DNA from: Clostridia bacterium
GTDB taxonomy: Bacteria; Bacillota; Clostridia; Oscillospirales; CAG-272
DNA: 64,000 nt
Direction of reading: 5' to 3'
Assembly (NCBI GenBank): GCA_017508195.1
Contig: JAFVZL010000044.1
Coordinates: 4,991 to 68,990 of the forward strand
Part shown: in pieces, positions 54,182 through 64,000 of the stretch
How positions within the stretch are numbered: position 1 is the first letter of the stretch
How the letters are laid out: every line of letters begins with the position of its first letter
Made by a program: the position numbers and the translations under genes
The notes under the pieces: model-generated
Databases searched by the model: none
What the model was told of the DNA's origin: nothing
The model's input: the letters and a program-made list of their open reading frames with translations, nothing else

Positions 54182-55090
54182 ATGAAGAAAACAGTGCCGT
54201 CGGGCGTAGTTATACTGAATAAGTGTGAGGGTATATCCTCGCAATCCGCGGTCAACCGCGTAAAGAGGCTTTTCGGCGCGGATAAGGCAGGGCATACGGG
54301 TACGCTCGACCCTCTTGCTACGGGTGTCTTGCCCGTGCTTGTAGGCAGGGCGGTCAAGGCGAGCGAGTTTATGCTCACGGGGGACAAGCATTATTCGGCA
54401 ACCCTCTTGCTCGGAATTACTACCGATACCGAGGATATCACGGGTACCGTGTTAAGTCAAAGCGATATAATACCCACCGAGGACGAGGTGATGGCGGCGG
54501 TCGCAAGCTTTGCCGGCACATACTCGCAGATACCGCCGATGTACTCCGCGATAAAGGTCGGGGGACAGAAGCTATATGATCTGGCAAGGCGCGGTGAGGT
54601 GATCGAGCGCGAGCCGAGAGAGGTCAGGATATATTTCATCGGATGTGAGAGGATAAATGAAAAAGAGTATAAGCTCGACGTTCACTGCTCGAAGGGTACT
54701 TATATAAGAACTCTGCTTGCCGATATCGGTGCGAGGCTCGGCGTGGGCGGCACGATGAAAACGCTTACGCGTACCGAGGCTGCGGGCTTTACGCTTGCGA
54801 ATGCTCACACGCTCGAAGAGATAGAAAATATGAGCGATGACGAGCGGGATAGGCTCGTGATACCCGTCGAGCGCGTTTTTGAAAAATTTGACGCGGTAAG
54901 GCTCAGCGCCTTTTTCTCAAGGCTTGCACACGCGGGTCAGGAGATATACTTAAAAAAGATAGGTACAGAGCTTGCGGTCGGCACTCTCGTCAGACTGTGT
55001 GATGACTTCGGCTTCTTTGCTCTCGGTGAGGTAAGGGAGTTCGATGATGGCTTAGCGATCAAGCCGATAAGACAATTCGGTAAACTATAA
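54182..55090 (+). CDS. truB: tRNA pseudouridine(55) synthase
   Basis: GHTGTLDPLATGVL, PPMYSA, SKGTYIR. Confidence 0.96.
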   Translation: MKKTVPSGVVILNKCEGISSQSAVNRVKRLFGADKAGHTGTLDPLATGVLPVLVGRAVKASEFMLTGDKHYSATLLLGITTDTEDITGTVLSQSDIIPTEDEVMAAVASFAGTYSQIPPMYSAIKVGGQKLYDLARRGEVIEREPREVRIYFIGCERINEKEYKLDVHCSKGTYIRTLLADIGARLGVGGTMKTLTRTEAAGFTLANAHTLEEIENMSDDERDRLVIPVERVFEKFDAVRLSAFFSRLAHAGQEIYLKKIGTELAVGTLVRLCDDFGFFALGEVREFDDGLAIKPIRQFGKL

Positions 55091-55135
55091 TTTACAAAAA
55101 CTACAATTTTGATTAGATTTTAAGGGGGTGACGGC

Positions 55136-58100
55136 ATGGCAAGGACTTGGACGGCGCGACAGAGCGATGCGATAAAAACACGCGACAGAACACTGCTTGT
55201 ATCTGCGGCGGCGGGCTCGGGAAAGACTGCGACTCTGACCGAGAGAATAATCAGATCTGTGCTCGATGAGAGCGACCCCATCAACCTTGACGAGATGCTT
55301 ATAGTCACCTTTACGAAGGCGGCAACGGGAGAGCTCGGCGAGAGAATATCCGCGGCACTTCGTTCTGCCATAAAGGGCGGAGGCGACAGAGAGAGGCTGG
55401 AGAGTCAGCTCCATATGCTACCATCAGCCGAGATATCGACGATAGACTCCTTCTGCTCGCGTATTCTTCGTGCCAACTGCGAAAGGGTAGGAGTAGAGCC
55501 GGGATACAGAATAATCGATACCGCTGAGGCGGAGCTGCTTGCAGAGGGTATCCTCGACGGCATATTTGCCGAGATATATGAGGGTGAGCTTCCCGGGGTA
55601 GCGACTGCCGAGGAGCTTGATCTGCTTGCAGATTGTCTTACCGACACGCGCACGCAGGGTGACCTTTCGGCAATTCTCAGAATGTTCTACGATTCGACCA
55701 AGGACCTCGAGGAGGGTGTATCGAAAATCCGCGAGCTTGTCGCTGAATATGATCCCGAAGCCTTCACCCATGTTGAAAAAACACGCCTCGGAGCCTATGC
55801 TGTAGGAGCCGTCTATGACTTTTGCGATCATTATAAGACGGCAATCTCGCGAGCTATACGGGAAATAGAGCTTGACGGCTCGCAGTCCTTACTTAAAAAG
55901 CTTGACGTGCTCGAGGGTGATCTTGCCTTTATCGAGGCGCTGAGTGCCGCCTCTACCTATAACGGTATGCGCGATATCATCGCCGCGCGAGAGCATCCAA
56001 AGACTCCCGCGGGCAAGTGTCCCGAGGGCTTAAAGTATATTACAGCGCTCAGAAAGAGCCTGAAGGATGATACTGCGAGGATGCTTTCTGACTATCTCGA
56101 ATACAGCGAGGATGAGTGGAGAAAGTCTTACTCGGGTCTTTATCAAGCTCTTTCGGTTCTCGTGAGGCTGCTCGAGCACTTTGATAAGCTCTTCACCGAG
56201 GAGAAGCTGCGCCTTTGCGCGCTCGAGTACTCCGACGTAACGAGATACACCTACGAGTGTCTGTGGCAGGGCGGTGAGCGCACCGACGTTGCTATATCGG
56301 AGTCTAAGAGATACCGCGCGATATACGTTGACGAGTATCAGGACGTTAACGCACTCCAGCATAAGATATTCGAGGCTATCAGCACGCCCACCAACAGATT
56401 TATGGTTGGTGATATAAAGCAGAGCATATACGGCTTCCGCGGCGCTGACCCGTCGATATTTGCGAAAATGAAGACCGAGCTTTGTCCTCTCGGCACTGAC
56501 GGTGACTATCCCGGCGCATCTATTTTCATGTCGGAAAATTTCAGATGCGATAAGGGCGTTATAGATTTTGTCAATGAGATATTCGACAGACTCTTCCTTG
56601 TTTTAAGGGAGAGTATAGGCTTCGTTTCGGATGACAGGCTTGTTTTCAAGAAAATGTATGACGGGGTGATGCCCGAATACCGAAAGCCCGAGATATGTCT
56701 TTTACCCTATAAGACCGACGATAATGGAGTGCCCGACGAGGATGACGAGGGTGACGAGCTTGCTCCTATGTTGGTAGCAGAAAAGATACGCGAGCTTCTC
56801 AGGGACGGAAGGCTGAACGACGGCAGACCGATATCCCCGGGTGATATCGCGATAATCATGCGTAATGCTCACGGCAAGGATAAAAAATACGCCGCGGCAC
56901 TTACCTCGCTCGGAATTCCGTCTGCGGTGACGGACAGCGAGAGCTTCTTCCTGAATGCCGATATTCTACTGCTTATGAGCCTGCTTCACGCGATAGACAA
57001 TCCGCGCCGTGATATATACCTTGCAGGTGCTATGTGCTCACCCGTGTTCGGTTTCAGTGCCGATGAGATGGTGAGGATAACCGCTATGGGAGAGCCTACG
57101 CTCTTTGATAATCTTCTCGCGTATACCGAGGCAAACCCCGGATATAAGAAGGGCGAGGATTTCATTCTGTGGCAGAGAAGGTACCGCATGGCATCCGAGG
57201 GTATGGGCGTATCGATGCTCATAAACAAGCTGTTCCGCGAGTGCGGTCTGATTGCACTTGCATCAAGGCGCGGCAACCGCGAGGAGCTCTACCGCTTCTT
57301 CGAGCACGCGCGCTCCTACGAGAGCTCGTCTTATAAGGGGCTTTATAATTTCTTAAGCTATATCAGCGGTATTGTCGATAGACAAAACCCGTTTGATAAA
57401 AGAGATGCTATTCTCGGTACTGACGAGGTGAAAATAATTACCGCGCACTCGTCAAAGGGACTTGAGTTCCCCGTGGTGTTCTTCGTCGGCTCCGAGCAGG
57501 CGTTGAAGCGCAGGCGCGACCTCGATGACAGGCTCGTCTATGACAACCGATTTGGCATCGCGCTGTATTTGCGAACGCCATCGGGACTTTCACTCGTTTC
57601 CAATCCTACGAAAAAGCTCGTTGCAGATTTCAAGCACAGAAGAAGAGTCGAGGAAGAGGCGCGAGTGCTATACGTTATCCTCACACGCGCAAGGGAGAGG
57701 CTCTACGTTGTCGGCAAGGCGCGCCGCGGCTATGACAAATATATAGAGGATATTGCATCCTCTCACGAAAATCTGACTCTCCACTCGGTGTATTCGATGG
57801 CGAGCTATACGGATATGATAACCTACTCGTCGGGGCTTGGCTTTGTCACACCCGATGAGTTCTTAGAGAATATGTCGGATAGGCTCAGAGATAGGCTCTA
57901 TCCCACTCCGAGTGAGATAGATTCTGCCGAGGAGAGCTTCGATATCCCAACTGAGGGTGCTCCGGAATTTGATATGGAGAGTGCGTTCTCCTGCCTCGGT
58001 GAAGAGGAAAAAGACGATACAGACCCCACCCCGTGTCGGGAAAACACGCCATGCTCTGTGATTTTATCGAGATTTAATTATGAATATCCCTACTCGCACG

Positions 58101-58819
58101 CGACTAAATTGCCGCGCAAGATGTCGGTATCAAGGCTCTATCCCGAGATATTTGATCCTGCCGATGCCGATGCGGTAAGTATTGCCGATGACGGTGAGAG
58201 AATAACTAAGATGGGAAGGCTACCGAGATTCGCTACGGGCAGCGACGAGACCGAGAGCGCGAGGCGCGGTATTGCAACGCATCTTCTGTTCCAGTTCTGT
58301 AATCTCGAGAGGCTCGGGTCGCTCGGTGCTGAGTCGGAGCTTAAAAGGCTGCGCGAGGAGAAATACCTCTCGGATGAGGATGCTGACAGGGTAAGACTAG
58401 CCGAGGTGGAGTCCTTCAGACACTCACCCCTCTTTAAAGAGATGTTGGAGGCGAGGAATATCTGGCGAGAGCTGAGGTTCAACACGATGCTCCCCGCCGA
58501 TATGTTTACCACCGATGAGAGTCAGAGGGAGAGGCTCCGCGACACACCGGTGCTTGTGCAGGGCGTTATCGACTGCCTTTACGAGGACTCGGCGGGAGAG
58601 CTTCATCTTATAGATTATAAGACCGACCGACTTACATTTGAGGAGCGGAAAGATCCCGCCCTCGCTGAAGAAAGGTTATACAATTCTCACTCGCTTCAGC
58701 TCTCTTATTATGCCGAGGCTGTGAAGCGGATGTTTGGAAAATATCCCGTAAGCATCGAGGTTTACTCCTTGCATCTCGGAAGATGCGTAGACGTAAAAAG
58801 ACGGGATGCCGTATATTGA
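55136..58819 (+). CDS. addA: ATP-dependent helicase/nuclease subunit A
   Basis: AAAGSGKT, DEYQD, GDIKQSIYGFR, H.SKGLEFP; C-terminal QGVID...DYKTD...QL..Y nuclease. Confidence 0.9.
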   Translation: MARTWTARQSDAIKTRDRTLLVSAAAGSGKTATLTERIIRSVLDESDPINLDEMLIVTFTKAATGELGERISAALRSAIKGGGDRERLESQLHMLPSAEISTIDSFCSRILRANCERVGVEPGYRIIDTAEAELLAEGILDGIFAEIYEGELPGVATAEELDLLADCLTDTRTQGDLSAILRMFYDSTKDLEEGVSKIRELVAEYDPEAFTHVEKTRLGAYAVGAVYDFCDHYKTAISRAIREIELDGSQSLLKKLDVLEGDLAFIEALSAASTYNGMRDIIAAREHPKTPAGKCPEGLKYITALRKSLKDDTARMLSDYLEYSEDEWRKSYSGLYQALSVLVRLLEHFDKLFTEEKLRLCALEYSDVTRYTYECLWQGGERTDVAISESKRYRAIYVDEYQDVNALQHKIFEAISTPTNRFMVGDIKQSIYGFRGADPSIFAKMKTELCPLGTDGDYPGASIFMSENFRCDKGVIDFVNEIFDRLFLVLRESIGFVSDDRLVFKKMYDGVMPEYRKPEICLLPYKTDDNGVPDEDDEGDELAPMLVAEKIRELLRDGRLNDGRPISPGDIAIIMRNAHGKDKKYAAALTSLGIPSAVTDSESFFLNADILLLMSLLHAIDNPRRDIYLAGAMCSPVFGFSADEMVRITAMGEPTLFDNLLAYTEANPGYKKGEDFILWQRRYRMASEGMGVSMLINKLFRECGLIALASRRGNREELYRFFEHARSYESSSYKGLYNFLSYISGIVDRQNPFDKRDAILGTDEVKIITAHSSKGLEFPVVFFVGSEQALKRRRDLDDRLVYDNRFGIALYLRTPSGLSLVSNPTKKLVADFKHRRRVEEEARVLYVILTRARERLYVVGKARRGYDKYIEDIASSHENLTLHSVYSMASYTDMITYSSGLGFVTPDEFLENMSDRLRDRLYPTPSEIDSAEESFDIPTEGAPEFDMESAFSCLGEEEKDDTDPTPCRENTPCSVILSRFNYEYPYSHATKLPRKMSVSRLYPEIFDPADADAVSIADDGERITKMGRLPRFATGSDETESARRGIATHLLFQFCNLERLGSLGAESELKRLREEKYLSDEDADRVRLAEVESFRHSPLFKEMLEARNIWRELRFNTMLPADMFTTDESQRERLRDTPVLVQGVIDCLYEDSAGELHLIDYKTDRLTFEERKDPALAEERLYNSHSLQLSYYAEAVKRMFGKYPVSIEVYSLHLGRCVDVKRRDAVY

Positions 58820-58861
58820 TCATACGGTGAGAACACTTTATCGTCCGACAATTTGATAAAA

Positions 58862-58899
58862 AACAAAGCGGATACCGTCAACTCGGTATCCGCTATTTA
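58862..58899. terminator. Terminator between convergent genes
   Basis: AGCGGATACCG/CGGTATCCGCT. Confidence 0.75.
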
Positions 58900-58964
58900 T
58901 ATGCTCGAGTGTAAATAAATGCTGACAATATAGCGCGTTTTTCGCTTTTTTGAGGAAAATCAGC

Positions 58965-59765
58965 TTATAAAATCTTTTTTCTGACGCTGACCTCACCCGT
59001 CATAAGTATCTCCTTCTCCCCCGACGGCAACTTAAGGATAAGCTCGCATTTATCGGTGATGCCCTCGACTGTGGCTGTATAGCTTCCGCCCGGTTTTATG
59101 ACACTGACGCACTCTCCTATCAGCATGGAGCGAGAGCGGTACTCGTCGGCTACCGCCTTGTCGGTCGCGGTGTGGAGTGAGGATATATATTGATAAATAA
59201 CGGTGCCCGCGAGGCTGTCAATGTCCGCGCTCGTGCCCTCGCGTTCGATGGTGGTGGCTATCTCGCTTATCTCGTCGGGCAGCTCCTTACCTTGAACGTT
59301 GATGCCGACACCCATAGCAACGTATGCGACCTTACCCGTATCGGGGTCTACTGCGCCCTGCGTGAGAATTCCTGCGAGCTTTCTGTCACCGACGTAGATA
59401 TCGTTGACCCATTTTATTTTTGCTTTAAGACCGGTGGTGCTTTCTATGACCCTTGCTATGACCGTTGCCGCGTAGGTCGTGACAGACAAAAATTCGCACC
59501 CGGGGACGGTCTTCGTGAGTATTGTCATATAAATTCCGCCGCTCGGGGATAAAAAGCTTCTTCCCAGTCTGCCTCTGCCCGCAGTCTGCTCCTTTGCAAT
59601 AAAGACGGTGGGACGGTTCGGCCTCTCGCATTTTGCATACTCAAGAGCGCGTAGGTTTGTCGAATCGGTCAGCTCGTAGCTTATTATATCTATCATCTCA
59701 CCGCCGACAGTTTTTTCCGTGCGGATAGAGCTGAGCTGCTTTGTTTCTTTATGAACCTCTGTCAA
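58965..59765 (-). CDS. birA: Biotin--protein ligase without HTH (alternative start 59696)
   Basis: DSTN, QTAGRGRLGR, KWVND, KLAGIL. Confidence 0.92.
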   Translation of the reverse strand: MTEVHKETKQLSSIRTEKTVGGEMIDIISYELTDSTNLRALEYAKCERPNRPTVFIAKEQTAGRGRLGRSFLSPSGGIYMTILTKTVPGCEFLSVTTYAATVIARVIESTTGLKAKIKWVNDIYVGDRKLAGILTQGAVDPDTGKVAYVAMGVGINVQGKELPDEISEIATTIEREGTSADIDSLAGTVIYQYISSLHTATDKAVADEYRSRSMLIGECVSVIKPGGSYTATVEGITDKCELILKLPSGEKEILMTGEVSVRKKIL

Positions 59766-59850
59766 TTGCCTTACCCCCCTTTTTTTACTGATTTGATTTT
59801 ACCATTTTATAAACTTGTTGTCAACCGCCTTGAACGAGGGGGCGTTTAAT

Positions 59851-61404
59851 TTACTCGGGTGCGGCTGTCAGCCGCCTTGTGAAATGACCCTGTCTTATTC
59901 TTGCGTATGCAATTGGGCACTTTACGATATGCTCGATGCGCAGCGCGATATAAACGGATTCGCATGATGCGCCTGTCCTCGAAAGCACAAGAGTGAGGGG
60001 TAGCGTTAAAAGGAAAAAGGATAACAGATCCACGAAGGTGACGAAGCTGACGTCGCCGCCGCTTTTGATTATGCCGAAAAGTGACGGTGCGGAGTATGAG
60101 GTCGCGACAAAGGTTGCCGCCATTATCGGTATCAGCGACCGTGCCAGGGCGGCACTCACGGCATCCAGCTTATAAAGAGCTATGAATGGCTCTCGAAGTA
60201 TGGTTATAATAATAAATGAAAGGAGTCCGACAGCAAGAAAGATCCCCTCGGCTATGTGGGCTATCTCACGGGGGCCTTTTGCGATGGGCGTGCGGTGATT
60301 TATTGCATCCGACAATTTGACGCGCCCCTCGTCTTGGAGAGTGTTGCCTTCGCTTCTTATACAGCGGCTGCTTTCCTTAGCGGCAGAGCCGCTGCTCTTT
60401 TTGCCGACGGTGGACGGGGTTTCTTTTACGGCCGCGACTTCAACTTCTGTATCGACGGTGGGTGCGCTATCTTGTTTTGCTGTGTCAGAGCATGCCCTGC
60501 CTACCGAGCGCGATATCATTATACCCGCCGCAACCGATGCACCGTTCATGGCGGTATATACGAGGTTCATAAGCGATGCGGTGACAGCGAAGGCGTGCGC
60601 TGCCGCACTGCCCATGTGCGACATTACCGAGGTGGAGAACAGATTTGAAAAAGCCCACACTGCCTGACCTGTAAGGATAGGGAAAAGCGACTTTTTCAGC
60701 ACCGTCACGGAGCTCTTCGTGGTGATAAGCATATCCTTCGGGCGTGTGACTATCTTTTTCGAGCAGATAGTGAAGATGAGCGATACACCGAGCTCGATTC
60801 CTCTTGATATGAGTGTGGCGTAGCCGACACCGACCGCCCCGAGCTTGAATACACCGTCTATCATGAGATAGTTTAAGAGTGTGTTGCTGATAAGCGCGGT
60901 GAGAGGTGCGATAAGCGAAAGAGAGGGCGCGCCCTCGGCTCTTGCCGATGCTATGATTATACGGCTGAGCGATTGTATGGGAAAGCTCAGCGCTATGATC
61001 TTCAGAAAAGCCGCGCCCGTATCCGTGATTTTTCCGCTGCCCGACAGTATTTTCAGAACGCTGTCAGGGAAAAGAAAGGATATTAAAGTGAAAACGAAAG
61101 AGAGCGCGAGGGTAAGGTAAAGCACTGCGGATACCGTTTTTGCAAAGCCACCTCTGTCACCCTCGCCGAGCGACTGCGAGCCAACTATGGATATCCCCGA
61201 CTCGAGACCCGTGACGAGAAAGCCGAGTATTATCGATACCTGATTTGATAGGAATATTCCGGTGGAAAGATCGCTGCCGAGCGAGGCGGTCATGAAATGA
61301 TCGGTGAAGGGGATGCCCCATGTAAGCAGGTTGCCGAGGGTTATGGGTAACATAAGAGTGAAATATTCTTTAAGAAACGCAGCTGTTTCTGACCTTATCC
61401 GCAA
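59851..61404 (-). CDS. MATE-family transporter, divergent (start uncertain)
   Basis: About 12 TM segments in two halves; N..LNY.MI.G..LG..G...AT.ISR and GGD motifs. Confidence 0.75.
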   Translation of the reverse strand: MRIRSETAAFLKEYFTLMLPITLGNLLTWGIPFTDHFMTASLGSDLSTGIFLSNQVSIILGFLVTGLESGISIVGSQSLGEGDRGGFAKTVSAVLYLTLALSFVFTLISFLFPDSVLKILSGSGKITDTGAAFLKIIALSFPIQSLSRIIIASARAEGAPSLSLIAPLTALISNTLLNYLMIDGVFKLGAVGVGYATLISRGIELGVSLIFTICSKKIVTRPKDMLITTKSSVTVLKKSLFPILTGQAVWAFSNLFSTSVMSHMGSAAAHAFAVTASLMNLVYTAMNGASVAAGIMISRSVGRACSDTAKQDSAPTVDTEVEVAAVKETPSTVGKKSSGSAAKESSRCIRSEGNTLQDEGRVKLSDAINHRTPIAKGPREIAHIAEGIFLAVGLLSFIIITILREPFIALYKLDAVSAALARSLIPIMAATFVATSYSAPSLFGIIKSGGDVSFVTFVDLLSFFLLTLPLTLVLSRTGASCESVYIALRIEHIVKCPIAYARIRQGHFTRRLTAAPE

Positions 61405-61574
61405 AAAAAACACCCCCGTGTGCCGATTTTTGCTTATTTTTAGCACTTTTTAGGCGTTTATACGGAAAATGCAAGTCTACTTGCAAATGGTGCGAGCTAT
61501 TGCTTTTTAAGGAATTATATGCTAAAATACAGTTATATTCGGTCGTGCATACGCGCGACCATACGGAGGCAGTT

Positions 61575-62267
61575 ATGCGTGTACTTATTGTTGATGATGA
61601 ATATGATATCAGAAGAGTGCTGAGACTCGTTCTCGAGAACGAGGGCTACGAGGTGCTCGAAAAGGCTGACGGTGCGGAGGCGGTTGACTATCTGCGCGAG
61701 GATGCATCGGTAGACCTTTGTATTATGGATATAATGATGCCGGTAATGTCCGGAATAGAGGCGGCGTCGAGGATCAGAGAGTTCTCGTCTGTTCCCGTCC
61801 TCTTCCTGACCGCGCGCTCCTTTGATACCGATAAGGAGAGTGCTTACGCAAGCGGCGGTGACGATTACCTCGTGAAGCCCTTCTCGACTAAGGAGCTTCT
61901 GATGAAGGTCGATGCTCTTACCCGAAGATATAATTCCTACGGTGCAAAGGGCTCGGGCGCATCGGCGGGTGCAAGACTTGCGGGCGGTGTGCTCGTAAAC
62001 CTCGATACCAGAACGGTTATCAAGAACGGCACTCTCGTTGAGCTTCGCGATAAGGAGTTCGAGGTGCTTGCTTATCTTGTAAATAACAGAGGCAGAACGG
62101 TCAGCTCGGATGAGCTTTACGAGGCGGTATGGGGTGAGATGCCCTTACCCTCGTCGGGTAACAACGTCACCGTTCATATTCTTAACCTCAGAAGAAGGCT
62201 CGAGGACTCGCCCTCGTCACCGAAGGTGATCCGCACGGTCTGGGGAAAGGGCTACCAGGTTGATTAA
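61575..62267 (+). CDS. OmpR-family response regulator
   Basis: LIVDD, DIMMP, LTA, KPF, TVWGKGY; GGAGG RBS. Confidence 0.95.
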   Translation: MRVLIVDDEYDIRRVLRLVLENEGYEVLEKADGAEAVDYLREDASVDLCIMDIMMPVMSGIEAASRIREFSSVPVLFLTARSFDTDKESAYASGGDDYLVKPFSTKELLMKVDALTRRYNSYGAKGSGASAGARLAGGVLVNLDTRTVIKNGTLVELRDKEFEVLAYLVNNRGRTVSSDELYEAVWGEMPLPSSGNNVTVHILNLRRRLEDSPSSPKVIRTVWGKGYQVD

Positions 62268-63624
62268 AGAATTAATAGATAAGATCAAAAAATACGTTGA
62301 GCTTATAAGGCGCGAGTTCGGTTCTCTTAACGTTGCTCTTATTGCTTCGCTGATGATAGGCCTTGCCTTTTCGGTGGTTGCTTATTTTTCGGTAAATATA
62401 GTCTCTACCGCTGTTATTGAGAACGTATATCTCGCTGAGGATGCCAAGGCAGAAAGAGCGAGGGAATACGCCGCCGAGCTGCAGGAGTATATCGATGAGA
62501 ACGGCATCACCGCCGAGAAGAGCGACGACTCCTTTGCTCAGTGGATCGAGGACAACAAGTACGTTTTCCTTATGGTCAACCATATCGAGGATGTGCCGGA
62601 GGGCTCGCTTCTTGAGTACGGAAGCCTCGAGGCGTATGCCGAGGCGCATAAGATGCACGTTATCACCACTTACGACGGTGTCAAGCTTCTCGTATCCGTC
62701 GGTGACTTTACCGAGACCTTTTATTATGAGCTTTTCAACATCATTGAGTTCGCGTTAGCTGTCGTTATCCTCTTTGCAATCATGCTCGCATATGTACAGA
62801 AGGTGACGGGCAGGATAAAGACGCTTGCCGAGGAGGTAAGTCTTGTATCCGGCGGAGATACCGCGAGGGTGGTAAATATAAAGGGTTATGACGAGATCAC
62901 CGACCTCTCGAAGAGCGTCGAGCAGATGCGCGTATCTATACTTGCAAAGATCGAGAGCGAGAAGGCGGCACTCGACGCCAACTCCGAGCTTATTAAATCC
63001 ATGTCGCACGATATAAGGACTCCCCTCACGGTGCTTCTCGGATATATTGATATGATGAAGGAGCGCGCGGAGGAGGATCCTACGATGAAGGAATACGTCC
63101 TCGCATCGGAAAAGACCGCAATGAGACTGAAAAGGCTCTCGGATGATCTGTTCAGCTACTTCCTTCTTTTCGGTCAAGGCACAGAGGTCAATCTCGATAA
63201 TTATAACTTCGGCTTCCTCATAGATCAGATGCTCGCAGAGTATATGCTGCTCTCGAGCGAGCGTGGATATAACGTTGAGATGAGGATGACCGAGGAGGCA
63301 GGCAATGTCGAGATAAGCACCGACCCCGATCTGTTGATGAGGGTAATAGAAAACCTGTTTTCAAATATGTTCAAGTACGCGGATGCCGATAAGCCGATAA
63401 CGGTTGACGTGACGGTCGATGGCGAAATCTGTAAAGTAATATTTACAAACACCATAGATAGAAGCGGAAATAAGGTGGAAACGAATGGCATCGGACTTAA
63501 GAGCTGTAGAAAGATTGCTGATACTCTCGGCTTCGGACTTGAGTTCGGAGCGACCGAGGATGACGCGGATATCTACGTTACGACACTGTCGTTTAAGATC
63601 GCCGAGAAAAAGATCGAGGAATAA
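62260..63624 (+). CDS. Sensor histidine kinase (HAMP-HisKA-HATPase)
   Basis: Two TM helices, HAMP, SHDIRTPL, ENLFSNMFKYA, GIGL. Confidence 0.92.
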   Translation: MIKELIDKIKKYVELIRREFGSLNVALIASLMIGLAFSVVAYFSVNIVSTAVIENVYLAEDAKAERAREYAAELQEYIDENGITAEKSDDSFAQWIEDNKYVFLMVNHIEDVPEGSLLEYGSLEAYAEAHKMHVITTYDGVKLLVSVGDFTETFYYELFNIIEFALAVVILFAIMLAYVQKVTGRIKTLAEEVSLVSGGDTARVVNIKGYDEITDLSKSVEQMRVSILAKIESEKAALDANSELIKSMSHDIRTPLTVLLGYIDMMKERAEEDPTMKEYVLASEKTAMRLKRLSDDLFSYFLLFGQGTEVNLDNYNFGFLIDQMLAEYMLLSSERGYNVEMRMTEEAGNVEISTDPDLLMRVIENLFSNMFKYADADKPITVDVTVDGEICKVIFTNTIDRSGNKVETNGIGLKSCRKIADTLGFGLEFGATEDDADIYVTTLSFKIAEKKIEE

Positions 63625-63671
63625 TGCGAAGCTTTTCCGATGAGATCTGACGAAAAAAACAAAAAAGCAAC

Positions 63672-63704
63672 TGAGGCTGCCTCGCGAGGGACAGCCTCAA
63701 TTTA
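63672..63704 (+). terminator. Possible terminator
   Basis: TGAGGCTG...CAGCCTCA stem with a weak U-tail. Confidence 0.45.
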
Positions 63705-63720
63705 GAATAAAGGAGAATAT

Positions 63721-64000
63721 ATGCTATCCTTCAAGCTGCTCTCAGAGGAGAGCTTCGATGAAATACTTGATATACTGTCACCCGTGACAGCAGATCGCGA
63801 GATTACCTCGGATATCCTAGACTCCTTTCTCGATATAGCCGCCGAGGGGTGCGAGGTTGGCGTTTCTGCTATCTCGGGAGAGCTTCTTGTCAGAATTTTT
63901 GATGACGGCAGATATTCCTTCGTCTATCCTATTGAGATAGGTGAAGAAACGGATACCGACTCGGCACTCATTGCTCTGTCCGAGTACTCCGTACGCGAGA
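63721..64000 (+). CDS. Hypothetical protein, 3'-partial
   Basis: AAGGAGA RBS; frame open to the window end (MLSFKLLSEESFDEIL...). Confidence 0.65.
   Translation, partial: MLSFKLLSEESFDEILDILSPVTADREITSDILDSFLDIAAEGCEVGVSAISGELLVRIFDDGRYSFVYPIEIGEETDTDSALIALSEYSVRE

Overview
This window looks like chromosomal DNA of a spore-forming, Clostridia-like Firmicute (sigma-A-type promoters, T-box leader, spoIIE- and spoVB-like genes). Housekeeping content: rpsB-tsf, rqcH, cca, three tRNAs (Thr, Tyr, Gln), a citrate synthase-GntR-aconitase-isocitrate dehydrogenase operon, type-2 ileS, truB, addA, birA and a two-component system. Two things stand out. (1) A roughly 8.7 kb co-oriented locus (17284-25942) encodes a Sel1-repeat protein, a small 3-TM protein, a 1218-aa FtsK/EssC-like ATPase with no visible membrane anchor, three small WXG100-like helical proteins and a long coiled-coil protein. 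It resembles a stripped-down type VII secretion-like system without EssA/EssB/EsaA or a recognisable toxin. (2) Five intergenic arrays (28.4, 29.5, 29.8, 38.5 and 49.2 kb) are built from short, sequence-diverse hairpins joined by related 7-nt linkers with a YATCR core. Accessory islets also carry an AbiE toxin-antitoxin pair and two XRE-regulator divergons with visible operator repeats. All family assignments come from reading motifs by eye; no searches were run.
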